Assembly (NCBI GenBank): GCA_964016885.1
Contig: OZ024742.1
Location: forward strand, 141,050,001-141,114,000
Source: Eledone cirrhosa
Lineage: Eukaryota
Direction of reading: 5' to 3'
DNA length: 64,000 bases
Shown here one piece after another: positions 47,801 through 62,800 of the stretch (its first letter is position 1; each line of letters starts with the position of its first letter). The position numbers and the translations under genes are program-made. Under the pieces are notes generated by a model, which had not been told where the DNA came from, searched no databases, and saw nothing but the letters and a program-made list of their open reading frames with translations.

Positions 47801-50800
47801 CCAGAAACCTGCCAACCACCTAATAACCTACAAATCTGGCGAGCACATAAGCCAGATTGACTTCTTACTAGTTAGGCAGAGGGACAGGCAGATAGTGTCT
47901 AATACCAAGGCATACCCTGGGGAAGAATGTACCCCACAGCATAGTTTAGTCGTTAGTGATATCTCAGTCAGCAAGAGATGGAATGAGACATACAGGAAGG
48001 TGTGGAGAAGAAAGGTCTGGAAGCTAAGACCTTTCACTAAAATACAAATTTAGGAAAGCCCTTCAAGATGTGTATGACGAAAATGAAGACGATTTAGAGA
48101 CATATGACATAGATAATAACTGGAATTTCTTACATGACGACTTACTGTAGGCTACTGATGAAACTTGTGGCTGGAGCAGAGCTCCAACCAGACAGAGAGT
48201 GACCTGGTGGTGGAACAGCACAGTAGATAAGGCCATTAGAGATAAAAGACTAACATGGAAGGCTTGGAAAAAGGGTGGGAGTAGGGAAAGATATACAGCC
48301 GCTAAGAGAGAAGCTAGACGTCAGGTGTACTTAGCATGCAGGGAGGCTGAGAGTAGGAGGTTTGCCAATGTTCTGTGACGGGAAGATCAGAGGCGTGCGG
48401 TGTTCCACATTGCAAGGCAGTGTGTCGATGCAAATCAGGATGTTGTTGGAGATAAATGTGACCGGAATGATGCCGGTGTACTTGATCAGATAGAGGCCTG
48501 GAAATGTCATTATGAGAGACTGATGAATGTGGAGAACGAATGGGAGAGAGAGAAATTACCCTCAGTAGATCCGACAGAAGGACCAGCTATTGAGATTGAC
48601 GAATATAGGGTCCAAGAGGCAATTAAAGAAATGAAAAATGGTAAGGCTGCTGAACCATTGGGGATAGTTGCTGAGATGCTGAAGGCATCAGGGGACGTAG
48701 GCACTAAACTGGTTGCACGCATCATCAATCAGGCTATATATGGTGGTGTCATACCCAAAGACTGGTGCAGCAGTATTCTCATACATTGCTACAAAGGTAA
48801 AGGGGATGCTCTGGAGAGTAACATTTATAGGGGTATAAAACTGATGGATCAGGTTATGAAAGTGGCAGAAAGGATATTAGCACAACTAATTAGAGAAAGG
48901 GTCAAACTAGATGAGATGCAGTTTGGTTTTGTGCCTGGGAAGAGTACAACAGATGCCCTCTTCTTGGTGAGACAATTACAAGAGAGGTTCTTAGAGAAAA
49001 ATAAGCCACTATACTTAGCCTTTGTTGACTTAGAGATGGCCTTTGATAGGGTACCCTGATCTGTCATCTGGTGGTCCCTAAGGAAACTAGGTGTTGAGGA
49101 ATGGCTTGTGAGGACAGTGCAAACTTTGTACAGAGGTACTGTTAGTAAAGTCAGTGTAGGAATGGCGTTTAGTGAGGAATTCCAGGTACAAGTAGGAGTA
49201 CATCAAGGTTCGGTCCTCAGCCCGCTCTTGTTCATTATAGTCCTCCAAGCCATAACAGAGGAGTTTAAGACTGGCTCTCCATGGTCACTTCTCCATGTTG
49301 ACGATCTGGTTCTTATAGCAGAATCAGTAGAGGAGCTAGAGAATAAATTCTGGCTTTGGAAACAGCAGTTGGAAGCAAGAGGACAAAGTGAACCTAGCTA
49401 AGACAAAAGTGTTGATGAGTAGAAAAGAGGACAAAACTCTGATTCCGTCGGGGAAATGGCCATGTTCGATATGCAGAAAAGGAACTGGCATAAATTCTAT
49501 AAAATGCACATAATGCAGATCCTAGGTACACAAGAGATGTAGCGGGATAGCAGGCAAACTAACAGGTAGGGAGAAATACGTATGCAGTAGATGTATAGGG
49601 AAATTAGACAGTAGAAGTCGCATTGATAGACACATTTCTCAAATGCAAGCGGGTGCTATAGAAGTGGTGGATAGCTTCCGGTACCTAGGAGATCAGATTA
49701 GCATGGGAGGGGGGTGTTCCGAGGCCATAGTATCTAGAATAAGGACGGGTTGGAAGAAGTTTAGGGAGCTGCTTCCTCTGCTGACGAAGAAGAGTTGCTC
49801 CCTGCGTATGAAAGGCCGGTTATATGATGCCTGTGTGAGGAGTGCGATGCTCCATGGTAGTGAGACATGGGCAGCAACTGCAGAGGATATGCGACGGCTG
49901 GAGAGAAATGAGGCAAGCATGCTCTGTTGGATGTGCAGTGTCAATGTGCGTGAACGACCCAGCATGAATGTGTTGAGATAGAAACTGTGTCTGAGAGGGA
50001 TAGAATGTAGTGTACGGGAGAAGAGACTGAGGTGGTATGGACATGTGGTGCGCATGGAGGATGACCAATGGGTGAAGAAGTGCCAGGAAATGCCAGTTGA
50101 AGGAAGACGTGGTAAAGGTAGACCACGAAAAACATGGGCGGAGGTGGTGACAACAGACCTCAGATCACTGAAGCTCCCGGTGGAGATGACGAAGGATTGT
50201 GACAAGTGAAGAGATGCTGTGTTGAATAAAACCCGTCCCACCTTTGCAAGCAGAGAAGACCGGACGTAAAATGATGATGATGATGATGATGATGAGAGGA
50301 GAGAGAAAGAATTACATATAGAGATGTGAGTTGGTGCGACAGACAGTAAGTCAGAGTAGGAGGAAGTATGTATCATGTGACTGAAAACAATAGCAGACAT
50401 TAATACTGATAGCGATGTGAAGTTTTTCAAATAGTTGTCAAATACAACATTGAACAAATGCAGAATAACACAACACCACACCACTGATAAACATTTATAT
50501 ATTTAAAAAATTTTTTAATTAACATTATCTCCTTATAATATATAACCAGTAATTTCTCTGTTTGTCTGTCTGTCCGACAGTGGAAACACGTGCGCGCGTG
50601 CGAATGTTTTTTGTGCACACATAGAGAGAGAGTGAGAGTGAAAGAAAGAGACAGACTACGAGAGGGAGAGAGAGAGAGTGAATAGACGCTAAAACACGTG
50701 CGCTCGTGCGAATGTTTTTTGCGCACGCGTAGAGAGAGAGTGAGAGTGAAAGAAAGAGACAGACTACAAGAGGGGGATAGCGGGAGGGAGAGAGGGGGGG

Positions 50801-53800
50801 ATTGAGGAGTGCTACAGAAACATATATACATTTCTATGTGTGTGTAATATATATATATATACACACAGAAATATATATACATTTGTGTGTGTGTAATATA
50901 TATATATATATATACACACAGAAATATATATACATTTTTGTGTGTGTAATCTATATATATATATATACACACAGAAATATATATACATTTCTGTGTGTGT
51001 AATATATATATATACTAGATTTGCTAGCAGAAAACCACCCACCGGGTGGTTTTCTGCTAGTCTATATATATAAAACTGAGGATGTCTGTCTGTGTGTGTG
51101 TGAGTTTGAACCCCTAAAACTAGAGAAGCACCCAACCGACTGTTTTCAAACTTTACACATGTAATACTTATATTTCAGGGAGTGTTCTGAGCAAAAAAAG
51201 TTTCAAATTTTCAATGCCCTAGGAACCACATCAGCTGATTTAGCGATCTCTCTCTATAATTCTTAGTCTTTCTCTTTTTAGATAGATACATACATATAAC
51301 GTCACGCCCTTATATTATCTGTCTGTCTGCATTACGTCACTTCCTACAATTCGCTCTGCATCCAGAACGCGCCCTTATAATATCTGTCTGTATGTCTGGC
51401 TGTCTGCTGCCTCCGGTTATTCTGCCACCCTTGCTCAAGACAAATCTCACACTCATTCCTTAAACAGTTGCTAAGTGCACACAACCTTTTCCTCATGTTT
51501 TAAGCCACAGTGTTGCTTACTTACGTACCACCAGACCCTTACTTCTTTGCCAGCTGTGGTTGTAGCAATACTAAGCTTAGCTAAGGCGGTTATATATTTC
51601 ACAATACCTTATCCCGTGCAACGCTGCTAGTTTTGTATAAGTACCATGAAGTTTGAAAATAAACTTGAATTATAATTATTGTATCAGCACCATCATTTAA
51701 CATCCTTATTCCCTACTAAGGAAGGGTTTGATGGGTCATCATGGGATCCTTTCATCATAGACCACGTTAGTACTCTAAGCAGAACTACTGACCTCTCGGA
51801 TGGCTTGGGAGCCAAATTTTGCTTACAGATGTTCCTGCACTCTACCGAGTGTGTTATATTGTGACTTCAGCACCCAGGAAGTTGTCATGTCATTGACGCA
51901 GTTGAGGAATCCTTCTGACTTGTTGTTTAACAGGTTTTATACAGTGCATCAGGTGTTTTTTTTTAGCATGGCACCAATGCTAGAGTTTGTCATGTCCTCA
52001 ACATGACTAAAGAGGGCCTCTCATGGCAAAAGTATACTTACCCACCATATCACTTCAGTAAGAAATTAAAGAATGAACTCACCTTGTGACTATAAGGGAA
52101 ATATGATTGGAACAACTCTGACATCGCTTTGGTTCGCTTTTTTACCTAACAAAATAACCACAACACATTAGTTAAAGTAGGATAAACATTCAAACTTATA
52201 TAAATTTAAATTTCATATTTCAGATATCTATTTGTTATGTATCCGATTCTCTAAGTGTATCATTATCAACATCATCTTATGCCTATCTCTCCATACTAGC
52301 ATGAGTTGGATGGGATCATTTCAGACCAAGTCAGTACTTAATTGGAACTACAGTCCTCATAGACCAACTGGAACTATGTGATGCAAACATGTTACAGTTT
52401 TGGCATGGTTTCTACAGCTGGATGACCTACTTCATGTAAAACACATTACAGAATGTACTGGATGCATTTTTGTTGCACCACTAGCAGTAGGGAGGTTGTC
52501 ATGTTCTTGACACTACTGAAGAGTCCTCTCAACCTTTTTTGGCATGGCTTCTCCAGCTGATTGGCTCAAAAAGGATCCCATGATATGTATGAAGTTTATC
52601 ATGGAGATCTGTAAGGCTAACCTCTGCTTTAGCCGAAGAAAAAGACTTTAAAATAATTGTTATTGTTTTAAGTGTATATTTGTATGATTATTAAACTGAC
52701 ATGCAAAATTTATCAAAACATACAAAATTACCTCTTGAGGATCAACTCTGGTCATTTTAGCAGCAGGAGTACCAGGACGAGGAAAAAACTGGTTAATGAA
52801 CAAACTTGGAAACTGGTATTCTTTAACAAGTGCCAAAGATTCATTAAAGTCCTATAACCAAAATATCAGTTAACATTAATCATATTTAAAGAGTCTTAGT
52901 CGATACAGAGTAAACACTAAATATGTGTTGATGCCAAACATTTATGGATGGGTTAGTAATAAAAATTATAAAACCACAAGTAATAATATTTCATTAGATA
53001 AGCAGTTAGTTTACATATGCACACATCATAGATCTTAGATTTATACAAACATCATATTCTCTATTATTCCAAGTGGAGGATCAAGGAATCATAACCTATC
53101 ATCTTCATTTTACATCAGCTTTCCATGCAGTGGCTGGGTCATCACAGTCTGGGAGGAGACAGGTTGGGGATTGATGTCTTGCTCATATACTCCATATTTT
53201 GACATGGTTTCTACAAATGGAAGCCCTTCCTAGTGCCAACTACTTTACAGAATGTACTTATCACCATCATTATCCTATAGAGACTTTGGATTGGCAGTAT
53301 CGGTAGAGGGTTGGACGCCATGCTTTGACGCAAAGAGTTACAGCCCTTTCCATTCTGAGTTCAAATCCCGCCGAGGTTAATTTTGCCTTTCATCCTTACG
53401 AGGTCGATAAAATAAAGTACCAGTAATACACTAGGTAATTGCTGGCCTTGTGCCAAAAGTAGAAACAATTATCTTATAGACTTTATGAGGCAGTGTTTTA
53501 TGGCCTGTTGCCCTCCATAATGCCAACCCTTATGACAGTGCAGGGATACAGTATATCTATTTTAAATAATGAGATTCACAGGATCAACTTTGAAGACACA
53601 CATTACATTATATCCTCTCTCCTTCTTCAGTGAGCAACAGTATGGTCTGTGTAATGTCAGATCTACTGAAGTTGCTCTTCTACATTACACAACTACTTGT
53701 TAAGTTACTCACATCACACAACTACTAGCTAAGTTACCCACATTACACAATTACTAGCTAAGTTACCCACATCACACAACTACTTGTTAAGTTACCCACA

Positions 53801-56758
53801 TCAATCAATCACTAACTAAATTACCCATGTTTAAGTTTCCTTTATCTCACATCTCATGAACTAGAGGATTTTTCTTGTCAAATTACTTCATTTAATAAAC
53901 ATAAAAATCCCTATTTTACAATTAACAATTAGAGACAGGCACCATTAAAGCACATTCTGTACTTTAATCACACTGAAGTTTGTTGGCACCTACTTAGATT
54001 AACATCTACCCAGATACGAGTGTAATGTCACAGGAAAGAGAAAGAGTTTGAGTGAGAGAGACGGGGGGAGATAAATAAAGAACTGGAAGGAAAGAGAGGG
54101 TGAGACAGATAGATAGAGAAATATATATATATCATAGTTTAACATCTATTTTCAATGCTTCTATGGATTAGATTGGCTGTCTTTTAAGGAGGCTAGCCAG
54201 GTGAGCATGTCATACTCAAATGATTCAATTTTGGCTTGGTTTTCCATGACTGGCTGCCCTTCCTAATGCCATTACAGCATATACTGGGAGCTTTTTGTAT
54301 CTTGGCACCACCATTACTACTATATTGGGTGCTTTGCATTGTGGCACCAGTACAATCACCTTACAGGGTGGACTGGATACCTTTTTGTCAAGGTACCCGC
54401 ATGAGCACCTTCCAGGGAAGACATGATGCATTTTGTTGTGACACCAGCACTATGGGAAAGCAAGTGTGGAGTATGTCCGGTTTTCTATACATGCATGCAC
54501 GAGTTGGACAGGGTAAGTGTATCAGGGGAAGGAGCGAGAAGGAGGGCTTTGGCAAAGTACATTATCATCATGATTAAACATCTAATTCCCATGCCCGCCT
54601 TGGCAAGACAGGATATCATACTCTGAAACTAGGTCAGACAGGAGACCACGTTTAGTTTATACATCCTTTTTTTGTTTTGGCTTGGCCTCCCTTCTGAACC
54701 CCAACCAAGCATTTTATCATGGTACAAGTTGGAGTGTGTCAGGCTTTTCATGTTGGCATAGGTTGGATGAGTAAAGAGCATCTGTCTTTGTATATTTGGT
54801 ATGGGCTGAGCTGGGCTGTGAGGGGTTGGGTTGAAGATGAGGGCTGCCTTTAGATGCTGGAGGGAGTTGGATAAGCAGAGGAAGGAGGATGGAATATATA
54901 TTATCATGTATGTATACATATATATCTGGTTTAGAATAGCTATCCCTGTGTCATAAGAAGCAACTAAAAGAACTGGTGTCAAGAAAGGCATCCACCTGTA
55001 AAACATTGCCTCAAAAAGTCCCATCCGACTCATGTCACCATGGAAAGGTTGATGGGGAGAGAGAGAGAGAGAGAGATGCAAGTATACAGACATTTACATT
55101 TTGTGTTGTTCCATTTGATAGTTTAAGAACCAAACTTTCTCATACCTCACTTGTTTCTGTTGGGAAGCCACAAATAATATCTGTTGCAATGGTAATACCA
55201 GGAACTCTGAGAAAGACAAGAAGGTAAAATGACATAGTATAAGGCAAACAATATAAAGACCATTAAAGAAACAATAAACCTCTTATTGAGATATCTTAAA
55301 TTGTTCTATATAGTTAAAAAAAACAAAACATGTTTATATATATATACTAGTAGCAGGACCCGGCGTTGCGCAGGGTAGGAAATGTGAAATAGCAACATGC
55401 ATATGCAAAGATTGAGGAATCTAGCTGTGTACTTTTTGAATTCCCTTATTCGCTGGGAATGATTGAGGAGCAATGTAGTCAATTGTGTGAAAACCAAGTA
55501 GGGATGTATGTTTAAGTAGGGATATTGAGATGACGAAATCAGCGTGGAAACACAGCTGCAGCAGAAGGGGTTCATAGTGCAATTAGCAGAAATGCTGGGC
55601 GGCACTGGTTGCACTGCGTTTACACAGCAACAAAGGCACGACAAAAGGGGTCACCGCGGAATTTGCACAACTGCTGTTTGGCGTACTTGCGCAGGACGTT
55701 CATACTGCGGTGTAGGTGCAACAAAAGGGGTCTTAGTAAAAGTAGCACAGACGGGTTTTTACGGTGTCAATAACACGGCAACGTACACAGGGCCCGGATT
55801 TGCGCGTGATGAAAGCATGAAGCGTCAACAGGGGCCTGACAAAAATTTTAAGGTCCTCCTCATTTCCTCAATCCCCTGAAAATGGTCCTGCTTAAAAGTA
55901 AGTGTTGTGTCCTCTGTTAAATAAATTAAATTTTTAATGAAATATTATACGCTACTTACGATGTTTAAAGAGCGTTTATATTGAAAATGGCATGTAATGC
56001 CCAATGCTAATTCGTAAATTTCCTAGAAACCATTAATGGAATTTCGAGAAAATTGGCTGGATTATCTTGAAGTTACGCCTCAAAAAGGCCTAAAAAATGT
56101 GTTTTTTCGCCTAATGCAGTCCTAGGGCAGAAAAAGTTAAAATTGTTTTAGCCCATTGCACTTCAAGACATAGGTAACGCATGTGTAAAGCTGAAAACAA
56201 TCGGTCGGGTACTTCTCGCGTTTTAGGGATTTACACAGACAGACATCCTCTGTTTTATATCTATCTACTTTTGCTCATAGCTTCGTACTTACATGCGCAC
56301 ACACACACACTTTTCTTCTTAGCTTCGTATGGACGTATAACACACACACAAACATGCTTACGCACGTGCACAAGTATAGCTCTTTTTACAAAACGTTTTT
56401 TTTTCCATTTCAGGTAGATGCGCTCCATTATCCACTTTTCTAAAAAATAAATCATACACAAAACGCCAGCACCAACAGTTTTGCAAGAGATGTCAACATG
56501 AATGAACCTGTTATTTTTATCTAAAGACATTTTTTCCAATTCCATCTCACCCGTCCCCTCAATCTATCTTATTTCTCATTCTTTCTTCTGATGAAGGACT
56601 AGCAACCGAAACGTTAAGACCTTCTTTCTGGTATATCAAGTGTTAACCTAATATATCCTTTCCATATACTGTACCGATTGTGTTATTATTTCTGTTTACC
56701 TTTTACACACATATATATCATCATCATCATTTTACGTCTGCTTTTCCCTGCTTGCAAG

Positions 56759-56810
<52 letters not shown>

Positions 56811-59800
56811 TCTCTCTTTCTCTCATATATATATATATATATATATATCATCATCGTTTAACGTCCATCTTTCACGCTAGCATGGGTTAGACGGATTTGT
56901 CCCATTTAGAGGCAAGTTGGGTTGGGTGACTGTGTTTCGCTCATATAGGACTGTTTCTGGCTGGTTTCCTATGGCTGGATGCCTTTCCTAGTGCCAACCT
57001 CACACAGTGTGTGCTGGGTACTTTTTACTGCGTCTTTTACACGACCTCTTTACAGTGTAGGCTGGATGTTTTGTTCTATATAGTTAAAAAAAAAAACGAT
57101 ATATACACACACCTCTCTCTCCCTCATACACGAAGGCATACAGGATATGTTTATGTATTATAAACATACAAGAGTATCACTATGAATATTTTAAGCTCCG
57201 ATCATGTCACAGCTATCTCAGTAGTTGCATGAGAATGTCAGACACATGTTTCCAGATTTTTATCTGTCATCAGTGACATTTATTCACTAGATACTAAAAC
57301 AAGAGTAAACTAAAGCCTATATGCTTGCTTGCTTATAAAACATCGGCTATGTATGAATGTACATTCACTTATTAGTTGGCTTGGTGTTATAGTCAGACAC
57401 TTGCTTAACCCATTAGCATTTAAACCGGCTGTATCCGGCCAGAACTCTATCACCTCTTTCTGTTCAAACTGGATGTAACCGGCTGCTCATACTGATTTTA
57501 AGGAATTGTTCTCAAAATAAATAACATCAAAATCTCATAGATTTGATATTATGTGAGGTAAAGCCTTTATGTTGAAAATATAATAGTAAATATAGAGTAA
57601 TGTAAATGCTAAAGGGTTAAAGTGTGACTGGACCTGAAATCGAGTGATAGCAAATCAAACTTTTTAACTAGATATCAGAATGAAAATAGACGAGAATCTT
57701 GCTGAAAATAAAAATCTAACAAACTTTGGCTTACTTTTCTTTTAAGAAATCCACAACATGTCTGAAGTCATCTATACAGTATTCCCGTTTCATGTCCATA
57801 AGAACACTGTCAGAGGCTGACTGTACTGGCACATGTAAAAAGGCGTACACTCGTGGATGGTTACAAATCTTAGCCATTTCCTGCAATGGAAAAATTACAG
57901 ACACAGGACATGTACAGTGTACAGTGAGAGAGAAAATTACAAGATGTAAAGTAAATCATTTGATAGAGAATATCAATCATCATCATCAGTTTTACGTCTG
58001 CTTTTCCATGCTGGCATGATTTACACTGCTTGTTATAGACCAAATCAACATTTTTTCTTAACATCCTGTACCATATGAAATCGCATTAGGAAAATATTCT
58101 TGAAAAGTACAAAACAGCATTATAACTGCATCATATTAAAATTTCACAACAATTTTCTGCCCACTAGTAAAGATACTATAAATATTTTAATTAACAAACC
58201 TGTTTTTTAGACATTTTATGCTATATCATTGTAGGATATTAATAGGAGCTACTGTCTGAAACAGGTCAAAGGACCACATTTCACTCAATACATTCCTTTA
58301 GCATAGTTTCTAATGCTGGATGCCCTTTTCAATGTCAACCATTTCACAGGTCCACAGTTAATGGCATTTGGTGTTCTTTTGGTACTTACAATGTCAAATA
58401 GCATTTTATATTGAAAATACAAGTGTTTTAAGGTCATTTTTTTTGCTAAAGCAAAGGTTAGCCTTGTGGGCCCCATAACAATTTCCTATTAGTCATAGGG
58501 TTTAGTCGAGGCAATGTTTTACAACTGAAAGCCTTTCCTGGCACCACTCTGTTTATGATATGCAGGCACAGGTGCTTCCTATTCTGAACTGGATACACAA
58601 AGTATCCCTTTACATTGCAAATCTTAGCCGTTAATTCCTCATTCCTAATTAATCAAAGCCATTACCTCTAAATGTTCCAAAATATATGGTGGATTAGTCA
58701 TTCCTAACCGCAACATACAACCTTCAGGTATCACATCAATGAGTTTCCAAAGAAGTTCAGGAAGCGTAACACCAATATCATGACCATAAGCACCAAGATC
58801 TTCAGAAGTAAGCCAGATCTCCACTACACCCTCTGAAACAACAAAATAATATAACATAAAATGATTATATCTTCTTCTTAACCCACTGACTCCTGACAGA
58901 GTCATGAGAGTAGAATCTTTAGTCTCCAAATGATCTGGCTGGACCCCCATCAAGACCATCTGAGCTTATGAATGTTATCCAACCAACTTGCTCATGGTCT
59001 GCCTTTAGGTCTCTTGCCTGTAAAATTTGTCCATTCCTTAGACATTCTAACCACATATTCGTAGTACCAAAGCTGTAATCTCTTGATGCGGAGAAGCAGC
59101 AGTTCTACCTCGAGTGTCGGCTTGATCTCCGAGCTATGCACCTTATTTTCAATTCCTGTTTATTTTAAATAAAGATGTCATGGGTGTTGCCTCTACTATT
59201 AGTTTACACCTTTGTTATCAAATTACTTTCAAACATCCCTGGTTCTATGATACATAGTAGTTTATTTCATAGTGCTTATATTTTTTTAAAACCTTCCATC
59301 ATAATTTTATGTCAGAAAGTTAATGTTATGCTTCGAAAATCAGCTTCATGCAAAAGTGAGTTATTTTACTAAATCCTCCAAATTCCTGATTATTTCAAAT
59401 CACAGACAGTATCTTTCAAAATTGTTAACCTTGTGCTTAAATCAGAAACCATTATTATGGGTTAAATGAGACTTTTTTTGAAGCAATTGTCTATGGCCAA
59501 ATGCCCTTCCTGTCTCCAACCCTTACATGTTATTGAGGCAAGGTAGTGATCTTTGCATTATCAAACTGCTGGACATAAACAAATATTACCACCTACCAGT
59601 GTCAAATGTGAAGCAAAGGCATACTTCCCCCCCACTCACATATATATATCAAAGCAGTTGACTTAAGCATTGGGAAAATTTGAAATGTGTATGTCCCAAC
59701 GCAAGTGGCTATAATAAAAGTTGATTACTTGGCTAAAGAACCCCTGGAGGTAGTAAAACATGGATAGAGGTGCAAAATGAACTACTTATTCATACACCCA

Positions 59801-62800
59801 TGCCTGTGTTCTTATTTCAGTGCCTTATAGTCATGCTTGTAGGCAGCAAATTGGTAGAGTTGTTAGAATATGAGATAAAATGCTTTGCAGTATTCATTCC
59901 AGATCTCCGTTTTTGAGTTGAAAAAAACCCTGCCAAACTCAACTTAGTCTTTCTTCTTTTTGAAGTCAATAAAAAAATTACCAGTCTAGTAGTGGGGTTG
60001 ATTCCTCCTCTATATCTCTTTCTCACTTCCTCTCAATTAATCTCTCGCCTTCTCTGGAAGAAATCGACTGTGTTCAGACCTGGAGATGCGATGGGTTTTA
60101 CCAAGCTTAAAATGCCCCCAAATCATTATAGCACCCTCCATCAGAGGTTATAGGTTCATACATATAATTGTAATGTTTACAAAAATTAGTGTTAGAAGTC
60201 TCCTGTTTTTTCTTTATTGTAATAGAGAAATAGAAAAATCACTTGTTTTACCTTCAAATGATTGCACTGCTCGTTGCACAATGTCTTCTGGAAGATAACT
60301 ACCTAACTCCCCACGGGCATGCTTGGTTTTGCAGTAAGTGCACTGGTTTAAGCATCTAAACAGAAAATAAGAAAGCTATGTATCATCTGAAATACCTGTA
60401 AACAGAGGTTTATCATATATTCAATACATAGGCATTTTAAGACCATCTCCCTGCTGATGTAGGGGTTAGCCTTGTAGACGCCATGATAGGGTCCACACCC
60501 ATCATGAGGTCCTTTTTGAGATAATGTTTTATGGCTGGATGCCCTCCCAGGCACCAACCCTTTTTGTCGACTCCTACAACATATATCATATCATATATAT
60601 TCAATATATGTATATATCATCATCATCATCATTACGGTTTAACATCCATTTTTCCATGGGTCAGATGGGTTGTCTGCGTTGAGAGACAAGTCTGGCCAGG
60701 ATTAGTCACACTGTACCTTTCTCTGACAGGACTGTAATTTGGTTGGGGTTTTTAACAGCTGGATGCCTTTCCTAACACCAACCACATATATATAGTGAAT
60801 ATATGATATAATATGTGATATGCTGTGTATATCCAATTTAAAATAGTTATAATGCATTGTTGCATGTTGTAGGATGTAACGAAAAGGGTTGGTGCCTGGG
60901 AGGGCATCCAGCCATAAATTGATAGAGTTGTTAGGATGCGAGATAAAATGCTTTGCAGTATTCATTCCAGCTCTTTATGTTGAGTTGAAAAAATCTGCCA
61001 AACTCAACTTTGTCTTTCTTCTTTTCGAGGTCCTAAATATATATATATGCAGCAAAATTCCATTATAACGAAATTCACGGGGTATAAAAAATTTGTAACA
61101 AAAAATTCTTTATAATGGGATCAACCTAACACATCGAGTGCGTGGCTGGGGATTGAAAAAAAATTCATTATACTGAAAAATTCGTTATAATTGAATTTTA
61201 CCTGTGTATATATATACGGGGTGGGGCATAATTTTACAAAGTTTTAAATCAATTTTAAAAATAAATTATATTGCTAATATAACTAATATATTTGTATCAA
61301 ATCCATGCACTATAACCATATTAACTATTTTTCAGAACATTACACCATTAACAATTTTCAATGTCCATAGAATTGAAAAGAAAGTTCATAATAGAGAAGC
61401 ATGAAAAAAGCCTGACTCCACCCAAGATATTTAAAATGGGGAAAACTCTTAAGATCAATAGAATATTGATCAAAAGGACAATCGATCGATTTAAGGAAAC
61501 TTCCTCGACCAAAGACAGACCTCAACCCGGACGCCCTCGCACCTCAAGAACACCAAAACTCGTTAAAAGTGTGAGGGGAAAAATAAGGCGTAATCCAAGA
61601 AGGTCCATGAGAAAAATGGCAGAAGAAGCAGAAACATCGCCGAGTACTATGCGGAGGATATGTCGAGTTGATCTGGGGATGTCACCCTATAAGTTCCAAA
61701 AGAGGCAGCTTCTTTCTGCAGCCACAATTGAAAAGAGGCTCTCCAGAAGAAACTGTTATTGAACCGTATCAAGGATGGCACGCTGCAAAACATCAACTTT
61801 ACAGATGAGAAGTTATTCACTGTGAAGCAGTCTCACAATCACCAAAATGATGGAGTACTTGCAAAAAGTCTCAAATCAATTCCTTCAAGTGTAGGAAAAG
61901 TGTTCAGAACACAGAAACCAGCATCGGTGATGGTTTGGGCAGCCATTTCTGAAAAAGGGAAGTCTCCTGTGATTTTTGTGCCTTAAGGAGTTAAAATTAA
62001 CAAAGAACTTTACATAAAGGATATTTTGGAAGGAGCACTGATGCCATGGTGCATATCTGTTTATGGCGATGACATTTGGACTCTCCAACAAGATGGAGTG
62101 ATGAGCCACACTGCTCGCGTAACACAACAGTGGTGTAGAGGCCATTGTCTTGCATGGATCAGTAAGGAAGAGTGGCCTCCCACATCACCAGATCTCAACC
62201 CTCTCGATTTTTCTTTATGGTCAATTCTTGAGAGTGAAGCCTGCTCTACTCCTAGCCAGAATATTGAAACTCTAAAATCAAAACTGAATAAAGTATGGGA
62301 GAAAATACCCATGGAAACTGTTCGTGCAGCCATCGAAGACTTTCCTAGAAGACTTTGAGTGGTAGTGAGAGCTAGAGGAAAGCATTTCAAATAAATTTTT
62401 GTGCAGTTGTTTAATAGTATATTACTTACTATTTGTTGAAGTCGGATCTTAAAATAAATGTTTTTTTCAAGAACTATTTGCATTTTATTTTGTAACAGTT
62501 TTTATGCCCCACCCTGTATATACACACATACATATTTTTAACATTTCTGCAAGGTGAAATGGATAAGAAGTTTGCTTTATAATCACAAGGCCCCTGGTCT
62601 CCTTATACTTCTTTCTGCCTAACAAATTTATTCACAAGACATTGGCTGAACCAGCAATATAGCAATATATTGCTGAAGATGCAAATTATTAGCTGCAACA
62701 CATTTGATATTTAGATATTGAAGTATTTGTTATATATTTCTACAAACTAACACAATATTACCATTCTTACTGGTTGTACATACCCAGTATTGATAGCAAT

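Noticed and set aside
49693-50484. 263-aa minus-strand ORF
   Set aside because: Antisense shadow of the RTE RT C-terminus plus its (GAT)n tail.
55544-55879. 111-aa plus-strand ORF in the GC-rich segment
   Set aside because: No recognisable domain or splice context, non-ATG start, and it lies within a Helitron-like repeat.
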